Positions 39,898 through 48,637 of a stretch of 64,000 bases of DNA are shown here, piece after piece. Positions within the stretch are counted from its first letter, which is position 1. Each line of letters begins with the position of its first letter. This stretch comes from Aureliella sp. GTDB lineage: Bacteria > Planctomycetota > Planctomycetia > Pirellulales > Pirellulaceae. Position numbers and translations under genes: made by a program. The stretch spans positions 2,912,001-2,976,000 of the forward strand of contig OY829846.1 in assembly GCA_963691875.1 (NCBI GenBank), read 5' to 3'. The notes beneath the pieces were generated by a model that was not told where the DNA came from, made no database searches, and saw only the letters and a list, made by a program, of their open reading frames with translations.

Positions 39898-40335
39898 TTA
39901 GTTGGACCAATTCAGATTGGACTGCGCTCGCGGGTCAACACCACCGGTTCCCGGAGCGGCGCCCATATTTGTGACTCCCATTGGTGGCTGTCCGAAACCT
40001 GGCTGTGTCGAAGCCGTGGTCACGCCTCCCATGCTTCCAGCTGGAGTTGTATAAGTTGCTGGAGCCACGCCCGTGCTGTATCCCGGAACTCCAGCGGCAG
40101 TCATAACGGATGGGTTCACAGGGGTTCCCGGATAGACTTGCGAAACCGAGCCGCCAGTCTGGTTGTAGTAGTTTGATGGAACATTGTAGGTGCCCGTACC
40201 TGGTGGCTGAATCCTTGCCGGGTACTGCATGGGGTACCCCATCCACGACTTACAACCACTGAGAGAAAGCAAGCCCAGGCAACAAGCGAGTACGGCCGAC
40301 TTGGAAACAAATACTCTCACGGAAAAACTCCTCAC
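39898..40335 (-). CDS. Small low-complexity lipoprotein
   Basis: Lipobox LSGC and 'RIQPPGTGTY' followed by a P/G/T-rich tail. The start may be slightly downstream. Confidence 0.7.
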   Translation of the reverse strand: MRSFSVRVFVSKSAVLACCLGLLSLSGCKSWMGYPMQYPARIQPPGTGTYNVPSNYYNQTGGSVSQVYPGTPVNPSVMTAAGVPGYSTGVAPATYTTPAGSMGGVTTASTQPGFGQPPMGVTNMGAAPGTGGVDPRAQSNLNWSN

Positions 40336-40455
40336 GCGTTAGGCGACGAACAAGATTCGCCGGAACAATTCGATGGAGGGACCCTAGTCATTCCGCAGAC
40401 CTACCGCCAGAGCATTTCCTTGTGCTAGCTCTCTCCTTCCACTCCTCAATCGCAT

Positions 40456-40597
40456 TACTCTTACTCCTGGTCGTTGTCCTACTCGTACTCGAAAAACTGG
40501 TGCGTCACAGAACCAAGCAGTTTTGATTTAATAGAAACAAAGGCGATCAATCCCGAGTACTTCTGCGGTGAGTACGACTACCGCTTCGCTGAGTACG
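40456..40597. repeat. Intergenic TACTC(G)/(C)GAGTAC inverted-repeat element
   Basis: Left: TACTC, TTACTC, TACTCGTACTCG (40480..40491). Right: CGAGTAC (40554), GAGTACGACTACCGCTTCGCTGAGTACG (40570..40597). Confidence 0.55.
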
Positions 40598-40636
40598 GGC
40601 TCCATGGCGCTGAGATCTGTTTGCGAAACGACATTC

Positions 40637-40903
40637 CTAAACCGCAAGAGCTTCTTCTTTGGACCAAATTGGGACTGGCATTACATAGTCATGAGCCGAT
40701 TTGACTTGTACTTCGCTACAGCGGCTTAATTGAAACTGCCGAGGCTCGCATCGGCATAGGCAGAGTCCTAGAAATCGCCCATTGGGAAGAAAACGGATAG
40801 GACTGACGACTCGAACCGTTCTTTTTCCTTTGGAATCCAAGTACTCCATCTCCACTACCAAGTCGTCTGATTGCCGCATTGCTTTTGTTAGGAGGTATTT
40901 CAT
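40637..40903 (-). CDS. Stand-alone WYL-domain protein
   Basis: 'VEMEYLDSKGKRTVRVVSPIRF...FLGLCLCRCEPRQFQLSRC' fits the WYL pattern Y.d..g..t.R.v.P......l...C..r...R.F.l.r. GAGG RBS upstream. Confidence 0.75.
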   Translation of the reverse strand: MKYLLTKAMRQSDDLVVEMEYLDSKGKRTVRVVSPIRFLPNGRFLGLCLCRCEPRQFQLSRCSEVQVKSAHDYVMPVPIWSKEEALAV

Positions 40904-41404
40904 TTGTAATCTTCCTCTTTGCTGTGGGATTTCGTCTCAGCTGGCTGACTTTTGTACCTGTAGCTTCGCTGGTCGCCGGACACCTCTGGTCCCTCCACTC
41001 GGCAATTCAGAACTTGATAGCGGGATTTGCCAGTATCCAGCACTTCTCCAACTCCCTTCTGAGCCTCGCCATCCTCCTTACTGATTGCTTCCACATCCCA
41101 TCAAGACCCTCAGACCGTCTCAAAATGCGACACAGCGAATCCCTTTGACTTGCATATTGTAGAAAGAGCCTTGCTTTTGAAGGGACTGACAAAATAGCGA
41201 GGCCGGTCACAGGCGCACGGAGACGAATCGTAAAACTCATGCAAAAAACAACTTAGGGCAATCCGCGCGACTTCCCCTGCAGTCAAATTACTGTTTGGCA
41301 CAGTTTTTGCTGATCATGCAACCCGTATGATTGACACATTCGTGACAGACATGCAGGGAGTCATCCCGCCCAAGTAAGAGCCCTTTAGTACAAGGAAGCA
41401 AGCC

Positions 41405-41653
41405 ATGCCTACTCAGATGACAAAAGTTCCTGCCCGAGCTACCATTCCGATGGTTTTGGATATGAAAACGATTCGCAACCGTGTTGCGGCCATTAAAGCT
41501 TCATGGAGCCCCGAAACCGCCAAGTCGCGGGCGGCTGAAGGAGCCAAGCGCCGCGAAGACTTGGAGAACATGCTGTTAGAGTTGATGTGTGATGTAGAAG
41601 ACTCGGAAGGGTCCTGCGATCTCGAAGAGTGCGGGTTTAGCCTGGTGGGTTAA
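41405..41653 (+). CDS. Small hypothetical protein
   Basis: AAGGA RBS before ATG; 82 aa with 'IRNRVAAIKASWSPE...RA..G..RR' helical pattern. Confidence 0.65.
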   Translation: MPTQMTKVPARATIPMVLDMKTIRNRVAAIKASWSPETAKSRAAEGAKRREDLENMLLELMCDVEDSEGSCDLEECGFSLVG

Positions 41654-41683
41654 CACTTGTCGTGTTGGCTCACCACCAGCGGC

Positions 41684-41718
41684 CCGTGCCACTGCATCTG
41701 ATGAAAGCGGTGGCACGG
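41684..41718 (+). terminator. Strong hairpin (terminator or REP-like) after the small gene
   Basis: CCGTGCCACTGC...GCGGTGGCACGG 12-bp stem; no clear U-tract. Confidence 0.45.
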
Positions 41719-42138
41719 CTGAAGCAATTCCTCGGACAAATGTACTTCTGCCGCAAATCTTGGGTTTCATCCTTCCGAGTTTTTCTGTCCTGTTGAGCTT
41801 GGATCATCTCAGTTGACCTCGTCTCTGTGAAACCTTACGCTTACGCTCTATAAGTCCTTGGCTCGAAGCAATTTAAGTCGATAGCTTGCCAAGTCGACAG
41901 GATCTCAGACGTGGGGTCCATCACCTAGCAACCAGTATTTTGGCTGTTCGCACGCGTCGGTCCCAATCCCTTGGCGGACTTCGTGAAGATCTTTGGTCTA
42001 CGAGTTGCTCCCCACTAGGATTCCGGCGAAATTCGGTCAAATTGGCGATAAAGATCCGTTCTTTCGATAGGTGTCGGACACGCTAAGAATCACAGCAACC
42101 AAGGCATTAAGCCAACTTAACGATAAGACAAACCAACT

Positions 42139-45100
42139 ATGGAAGCATTGGAAAGCATCTGGGAAGGCATTAGCAACTTCTTCTCAAGTTTCCTGCAGGG
42201 CATCGAGCGACTAGTAACTGGAGTGTTCGGTTCGTCCAACGCGCGCCAGATCAAGCGTTTTGAAGCGATCGTCGAGAAGATCAACGGATTGGAAGACAGT
42301 CTTTCCAAGCTGAGCGATGACGAATTGCCCGGCAAGACAGCTGAGCTTCAGGCGCGGCTGCGCGATGGTGAAACATTAGACGACGTATTGGTTGAAGCGT
42401 TTGCCTTGTGCCGCGAAGGCGGCAAGCGTTTCCTGAACATGCGTCACTACGATGTGCAGCTCATCGGTGGCATCGTGTTGCACAACGGCATGATCGCCGA
42501 GATGGTCACTGGGGAAGGAAAGACTCTGGTGGCGACGCTCCCAACGTATCTCAATGCTCTAGCTGGTCGCGGTTGCCATGTAGTGACAGTTAACGACTAC
42601 CTTGCGCGGCGTGACATGGAGTGGATGGCACCACTTTACATGGGGCTTGGTCTTACTGTCGGAGCCATCCAAGGCGGCATGTCAAACGACGAACGTCAAG
42701 CTGCATACGCCAAGGATATCACCTACGCAACAAACAACGAGCTCGGTTTTGACTACCTTCGCGACAACATGCGTCTTGCAGCTCGCGATGACGATCGCTT
42801 TCCCAAGCACTTGCAGCAGGTGCAAGGACCACTTGCCTTCGCCATCATTGACGAAGTCGACAACATCCTGATCGACGAAGCCAGAACACCTCTGATCATA
42901 AGCGGCCCCGCTCACGTTGACCTCGGCAAGTATGCGGATGCGGACAGAGTCGCTCGCGGGTTAAAGAAAGACGAGCACTTCACAGTCAACGAAAAAGACC
43001 ATACCGTCAACCTGACGGATGAAGGAGTTCGAGCTGCCGAAAAACTGGCTGGTGTCGAGAGCTTTTACACCGCGGGCAATATGGAATGGCCGCACATGAT
43101 CGATAACGCTCTGAAGGCACATCATCTATACAAGAAAGATGTCAGCTACGTCGTCAAAGACAACTCCATCGTTATCGTCGATGACTTTACCGGACGATTG
43201 ATGGAAGGCCGCCAATGGAGCGATGGCTTGCACCAAGCCGTCGAAGCCAAAGAAGGCGTGAAGATCAAGGAAGAGACGCAGACGCTCGCCACGATCACGC
43301 TGCAAAACTTCTTCAAGCTCTATACCAAGATCGCAGGTATGACAGGTACCGCGATGACGGAGGCAAACGAATTCTGGAAGATCTATAAGCTGGATGTGAT
43401 TGCCATTCCAACGAATCGTGGCCTCCAGCGAATCGAACACGCCGATACGATCTTCCTCACGGAAAAAGAAAAGTACGCGGCGGTTGCCGATGATGTCGAA
43501 CGTGCTTCCAAACTTGATGTAGTTGAACTGAATGACGGCGATGAGCTCGAAGGTGAGATCACCAAGGAGGGCGACTCCGAGCTGACGATCAAGCTCAAGT
43601 CACCGCGAGAAGAACGCAAGGTTGCCAAGTCAGAAATCGCCGAGATTGACCGTAGCGGTCGCCCTGTTTTGATCGGAACAGTTTCCATTGAAAAGAGCGA
43701 GCACATTAGCCGCCTGCTGGAGCAACGCGGTGTTCCTCACCAAGTCCTCAACGCGAAAGCTCATAAACGCGAGGCGGACATCGTTGCTCAAGCCGGGCGA
43801 AAGGGTGCTGTCACTATCGCCACAAACATGGCTGGTCGTGGTACCGACATTATCTTGGGCGGTAATCCAGAGACGATGGCTTGGTCTCAGCTTCAGGACA
43901 AATACCCAACACGTCTGGATGTTCCAAGAGAGGAGTGGGACGGCTTGGTCGAGAAGATCGACTCTGAAGAAAAGATGAGTGAGGCCGGTATCGGAATTCG
44001 CGAGATCGGCGGCCTCTACGTAATCGGCACGGAACGGCACGAGTCGCGACGAATCGACTTGCAGCTTCGAGGTCGTTGTGGACGACAAGGTGATCCCGGC
44101 AGTAGCCGATTCTACCTTTCCCTTGAAGACGACTTGATGCGCATCTTTGCTGGCGACTGGGTTCGCGGGATGATGGGCAAGCTCGGCATGGGTGAAGGCG
44201 AGGCCATCGAGAACACATTCGTGAGCCGCAGAATCACTGCTGCCCAGAAAAAGGTTGAAGAGCGAAACTTTGAGATTCGCAAGAACCTGCTCGAATACGA
44301 CGAAGTGATGGATCAACAGCGGAAACGAGTTTATTCGTATCGCCAAGAGATCTTGGGCGGCGTTGGTTGCCGCCACATGATCTTGGAGCAAATCCAAGAT
44401 CAGATCAACAAGTACGTGGATATGTACACCGATTCTCTCTTTGGGGCCGAGTCTTATGCGAAGTGGGCGAGCAAGAAGTTGTCTTGCGAGCTAGAAGCTC
44501 GAGACTTCCGCAACCTAGATCCAGGAGCTGCCTCAGCCTTCGCCATTGATGCCGCCGAACGAGCTGCTGAAACTCAGATCCTGGACGCGATCGAAGAAAA
44601 CCTGCCTCAAGAAGAAGAGGAAGCGGACTGGAACTGGGGCGCATTGGCCAAATGGGTGAACACTCGCTACGGTACGAACTACAGCGTCAACGACTTGAAG
44701 AAAATTCCTCGCGAAGTCATCGACGAAAAACTTATCGAACGCGTCTTCGAGAAACTCGCTTCCATCGATTTGAGTGAAGGTGCTCCGATGCTCAGTGGTG
44801 AGTACGGTTTGAACATGCTCATCGGCTGGATGCAAAACAAGTTTGGTGTGGAGCTGGACCTCGAAGACTTGCGAACTCGCGAACCAGACGACATCCGTGA
44901 AGAACTGGGGCAAGTCGCCGAATCCGCCTACCAGCAGAAAGAACAAGAATTCCCAGTCCTGGCAGGCATCACACAATTCGGACAAGCCTCGCAGAACAAT
45001 CAATTCCACATCGACAAGGATGGCTTGGTACAGTGGGCAAATTCCCGATTTGACACCACGATTGGCGAAGAGGAACTTACGGCCGAAACTCTGACCGACC

Positions 45101-45837
45101 TCAAAAAGAACCTAGTCGCTCACAGTGAGGCCCACTACTCAGCTGGAATCGAGACTGCGGTCAAAGCCCAAGGCAAAGTCAAAGAGTTCTTCGGCAACGC
45201 GGCTCCGAGCACGTCTGCCAAGTACGTTTCCGGCGGCAATGGAGCCTTCAGTTCCTTCGGTGACTGGCTAGATTCTGAGCTCGATTGCAAAATCGCTCCA
45301 GAACAACTCGGCGAGATGGACGAAGAGCAGGTCGCGAGAAAAGTGACTCAAGCAGTAGCTGATCGCTATCACCCTGAAATCCGGCGCATGGAACGCCAAG
45401 TCCTGCTAAGCATCGTCGACAGTGCTTGGAAAGATCACTTGCTGGCCATGGACCACCTGCGGAGTGCAATTAGTTTGAAGGGCTTCGCGCAAATGGACCC
45501 GAAGGTCGAATACAAGCGTGAAGGCATGCGGATGTTCACCGAGATGTGGTTGAGCGTCGGTGAGCGGATGACGGATTTGATCTTCCGAATGGAAGCGTTG
45601 GACGAAGGCTTCATTCAAAGCACTTTCCAAGAAACCAATGCACAGCACGCGCCGGCTCAGACAACCTCGGAACTTGCCCAGCAGCAGATGTCCGACCTGG
45701 AAGCAGCAGACAAAGCTGGCCAAGAGGGCGAACAAAAAGCCGAACCGATCCGCAACACGGAAAAGAAAGTTGGGCGCAACGAACCGTGCCCTTGCGGTAG
45801 TGGCAAGAAGTACAAGGCGTGCTGTGGTAGGAAGTAG
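42139..45837 (+). CDS. secA: Preprotein translocase ATPase SecA (long form, 1232 aa)
   Basis: 'EMVTGEGKTL', 'VTVNDYLA.RD', 'AIIDEVDNILIDEARTPLIISG', 'ATNMAGRGTDI', 'RHESRRID.QLRGR.GRQGDPG', C-terminal SEC-C 'GRNEPCPCGSGKKYKACC'. Confidence 0.98.
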   Translation: MEALESIWEGISNFFSSFLQGIERLVTGVFGSSNARQIKRFEAIVEKINGLEDSLSKLSDDELPGKTAELQARLRDGETLDDVLVEAFALCREGGKRFLNMRHYDVQLIGGIVLHNGMIAEMVTGEGKTLVATLPTYLNALAGRGCHVVTVNDYLARRDMEWMAPLYMGLGLTVGAIQGGMSNDERQAAYAKDITYATNNELGFDYLRDNMRLAARDDDRFPKHLQQVQGPLAFAIIDEVDNILIDEARTPLIISGPAHVDLGKYADADRVARGLKKDEHFTVNEKDHTVNLTDEGVRAAEKLAGVESFYTAGNMEWPHMIDNALKAHHLYKKDVSYVVKDNSIVIVDDFTGRLMEGRQWSDGLHQAVEAKEGVKIKEETQTLATITLQNFFKLYTKIAGMTGTAMTEANEFWKIYKLDVIAIPTNRGLQRIEHADTIFLTEKEKYAAVADDVERASKLDVVELNDGDELEGEITKEGDSELTIKLKSPREERKVAKSEIAEIDRSGRPVLIGTVSIEKSEHISRLLEQRGVPHQVLNAKAHKREADIVAQAGRKGAVTIATNMAGRGTDIILGGNPETMAWSQLQDKYPTRLDVPREEWDGLVEKIDSEEKMSEAGIGIREIGGLYVIGTERHESRRIDLQLRGRCGRQGDPGSSRFYLSLEDDLMRIFAGDWVRGMMGKLGMGEGEAIENTFVSRRITAAQKKVEERNFEIRKNLLEYDEVMDQQRKRVYSYRQEILGGVGCRHMILEQIQDQINKYVDMYTDSLFGAESYAKWASKKLSCELEARDFRNLDPGAASAFAIDAAERAAETQILDAIEENLPQEEEEADWNWGALAKWVNTRYGTNYSVNDLKKIPREVIDEKLIERVFEKLASIDLSEGAPMLSGEYGLNMLIGWMQNKFGVELDLEDLRTREPDDIREELGQVAESAYQQKEQEFPVLAGITQFGQASQNNQFHIDKDGLVQWANSRFDTTIGEEELTAETLTDLKKNLVAHSEAHYSAGIETAVKAQGKVKEFFGNAAPSTSAKYVSGGNGAFSSFGDWLDSELDCKIAPEQLGEMDEEQVARKVTQAVADRYHPEIRRMERQVLLSIVDSAWKDHLLAMDHLRSAISLKGFAQMDPKVEYKREGMRMFTEMWLSVGERMTDLIFRMEALDEGFIQSTFQETNAQHAPAQTTSELAQQQMSDLEAADKAGQEGEQKAEPIRNTEKKVGRNEPCPCGSGKKYKACCGRK

Positions 45838-45900
45838 CATTCCCACAAGATGGCCGCCCAAGTGCGGCTAGCAGTTCCCATTCGGCAGGAGGCCGACTGC

Positions 45901-47274
45901 GTGAAATCAATAGTCTTCAACCTGATCTACCTGCTCACGCTCGCGTTCCTGTCGCCATGGATTCTCATTCGTAGCTTTCGGACTGGCCGTTACCGCGAAG
46001 GACTTCGGCAGAAACTCTGGGGCCTGAACCGGTCAGACTTAGTCTTCAATTCTGACCGCCCAATTGTCTGGCTGCATGGTGTAAGCGTTGGGGAAGTACA
46101 GCTCCTTGTTCCATTAATTGACGCTCTTCAGACAGTTGCCCCGAATCATCAATTCCTGCTCTCGACTACTACCGAAAGCGGAATGGAGTTGGCGCGGAGG
46201 CGGCTGGGCGACGACCGCTGCTTCTATTTTCCACTCGACTTTTCCTGGGCAGTTCGCCGAAGCATCCAGGTTCTGAAGCCACAATTATTTGTAACTGGCG
46301 AACTCGAGCTTTGGCCCAACATGATCAGTGCCGCCAAGCGAGCCAGCATACCGATGGTTGTGGTCAACGGACGCCTGAGCGTTTCGAGCCATCGTGGCTA
46401 TAGACGATTTTCGCTTGTTACGAAGCCGATGTTTCAGGAGCTTTCAGCTGTAGCAGCGCAATCCGATTCGGACGCGAAACGCTTCATCGATTGTGGCTGC
46501 AAAAAGGAAACCGTAGAAGCTCTCGGCAATGTCAAGTTCGACAACACTGAAGTTAACCGGCAGCACCCTAGCGTCCAACGCATGCGAAGACTCGCAGGAT
46601 TGCGAGACGAAAAAGTCTTATTGGCCGGTAGTACACAGTCTCCAGAAGAACCAGCCAGCTATGCCGCTTTTGCAAAACTCAAAGAACGGCACACCGATCT
46701 GAAGCTGATTGTCGTACCGCGGCATCCAGATCGTTTTGACGAAGTCGCGAAGAAGCTACGAACCCAGCTCGTAAGCGGGCACAAACTCGTGAGGCGAAGC
46801 TCGCTGAACAATATTCCAGTCGTCTCTTCAGACTGGGACGTTTTGCTCGTCGACACTGTGGGCGAGTTGCAATGGTGGTGGGGCTTGGCTGATCTTGCTT
46901 TGGTCGGAGGCACTTTTGGCAACCGCGGGGGCCAGAATATGCTCGAGCCTGCAGCCTACGGAGCGAATGTGGCGTTTGGCCCGAAAACCTCCAACTTTAA
47001 AGATATCGTGCGTCTGCTGCTCGATGCGAAGGCCGCAACCAGACTTCCTGATCTCGACGCTTTGCAGCCCTGGCTCGAATCACAGTTGTCGAATCCCGCT
47101 CCAGCAATTCAGCGTGGTGAGCGCGCGAAGCATTTGGTGCAACAGCATCAAGGGGCCACGCAGCGATGCGTTGAGATGATCACGCCTTACCTTCAAGCAA
47201 CGAACTCGAATACGGGTGATCCGGCCGTGAATCCATCTTGCCTCTTGAGTTCTAGCGAGCGCCCCGCAGCATAA
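45901..47274 (+). CDS. waaA: 3-deoxy-D-manno-octulosonic acid (Kdo) transferase
   Basis: 'IVWLHGVSVGE', 'YFPLDF', 'ELWPN', 'NGRLS', 'GNVKFD', 'AGST', 'VPRHPDR', 'DTVGEL', 'GGQNMLEPAA'. GTG 45901 follows GGAGG (ORF track start 45850). Confidence 0.93.
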   Translation: MKSIVFNLIYLLTLAFLSPWILIRSFRTGRYREGLRQKLWGLNRSDLVFNSDRPIVWLHGVSVGEVQLLVPLIDALQTVAPNHQFLLSTTTESGMELARRRLGDDRCFYFPLDFSWAVRRSIQVLKPQLFVTGELELWPNMISAAKRASIPMVVVNGRLSVSSHRGYRRFSLVTKPMFQELSAVAAQSDSDAKRFIDCGCKKETVEALGNVKFDNTEVNRQHPSVQRMRRLAGLRDEKVLLAGSTQSPEEPASYAAFAKLKERHTDLKLIVVPRHPDRFDEVAKKLRTQLVSGHKLVRRSSLNNIPVVSSDWDVLLVDTVGELQWWWGLADLALVGGTFGNRGGQNMLEPAAYGANVAFGPKTSNFKDIVRLLLDAKAATRLPDLDALQPWLESQLSNPAPAIQRGERAKHLVQQHQGATQRCVEMITPYLQATNSNTGDPAVNPSCLLSSSERPAA

Positions 47275-47526
47275 CAGTCGTGGACTTCGCCAGAGTCTTT
47301 CACTCACCACTAGACTTGGCTCAACTGCGTGCCAAGCGGTCCCGATCTCTCCCATGTCGGAAAGTGCTTGACGTTGCCCGATCCCCAGTCCTTGTTTCCC
47401 TGCCTGGTTTTGAGACAATAAGTGTCGGATTCGCCGCTGCTACCTTTCTGCCATCCGACGCAGCAAAGGAGTTGTAGCACGGGACGCGACCGCGACTCAG
47501 TTTGCAATATGCTGAAGGCCCACAAA

Positions 47527-48555
47527 ATGTTTTTGCTGAAGATGATACCAACCAAACCCCTCAGCTGGATTGCTTGCCTATCGATCTTGGTTGGAACAAC
47601 CCTAGCTGCTGACCCGAAAACCGGAAAAGTCCCTCTCGGCTTGAAGCCCTTACCTAAGGTCAAGAACAACGCAATGACTCCCGAGAAGATTGAACTTGGG
47701 AAGCAACTTTACTTTGACAAGCGCTTATCGGCAGACAACTCTATTTCTTGCGCAAGCTGTCATGATCCGAACAAGGGTTGGTCCAATGGTGAGGCCAATG
47801 CAGCCGGATTTGAGGGCCAACGCGGCGGCCGCAGCGCTCCAACTGTCATCAACTCGGTTTACCAGCGTTTTCAGTTCTGGGACGGTCGTGCTGGCTCGCT
47901 CGAAGAGCAAGCTTTGGGACCCATTGCAAATCCCATTGAGATGAATCTCCCCGTGGAAGAAGCCGTCAAACGCATCGCTGCGATTGAGGGATATCAAAAG
48001 CAGTTCGAATCGGTGTTTGGCGAGAAAGTAAATGCTGAGAATCTGGCAAAAGCTATTGCCGCCTTTGAACGAACGGTTCTGTCCGGAAATGCTCCTTACG
48101 ATCGCTTCAAAGCTGGCGACAAATCAGCCCTCTCTGAGCAAGCCCAAGTAGGTATGAAGCTGTTCTTTGGCAAAGCGAATTGTTCTGGTTGCCACGTCGG
48201 GAGCAACTTCACAGACAATGGATTCCACAATCTGGGCGTGAACTTCAAGCAGGATGAGCCCGATGTTGGTCGTGAAGTGATTTCGAAGCTGGAAGGAGAT
48301 CGTGGTTCATTCAAAACTCCGACCCTTCGAGAAATCGCCAAAACTGCACCTTACATGCACGACGGTAGTCTCAAAACACTCGAGGATGTTGTGGAGTACT
48401 ACGCGAAGGGAGCGACTCCGAACGACTACTTAGACGAAGAAATCTTCCCACTCAATCTTTCAGAAGAACAAAAGACCTCGTTGGTTGCGTTCCTCAAAGA
48501 AGGCCTGGCTAGCGACGACTACCCAACGGTTGAACCACCCAAACTACCTGAATGA
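47527..48555 (+). CDS. Diheme cytochrome c peroxidase/MauG superfamily protein
   Basis: Signal peptide, 'LGKQLYFDKRLS', CASCH, 'FWDGRA', CSGCH, 'FKTPTLR', 'PYMHDG'. Start uncertain (47509/47527/47542). Confidence 0.9.
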   Translation: MFLLKMIPTKPLSWIACLSILVGTTLAADPKTGKVPLGLKPLPKVKNNAMTPEKIELGKQLYFDKRLSADNSISCASCHDPNKGWSNGEANAAGFEGQRGGRSAPTVINSVYQRFQFWDGRAGSLEEQALGPIANPIEMNLPVEEAVKRIAAIEGYQKQFESVFGEKVNAENLAKAIAAFERTVLSGNAPYDRFKAGDKSALSEQAQVGMKLFFGKANCSGCHVGSNFTDNGFHNLGVNFKQDEPDVGREVISKLEGDRGSFKTPTLREIAKTAPYMHDGSLKTLEDVVEYYAKGATPNDYLDEEIFPLNLSEEQKTSLVAFLKEGLASDDYPTVEPPKLPE

Positions 48556-48637
48556 GAGACGTTTCTTTTTCGCTGGAAAGAGACGTCCAGAACAATACAG
48601 ACCTAGAGAATTTCACTCAATAATTGGAGTAACCAAA

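Noticed and set aside
40900..41094. 64-aa ORF overlapping the WYL start codon
   Set aside because: No recognisable motif; could equally be untranslated leader.
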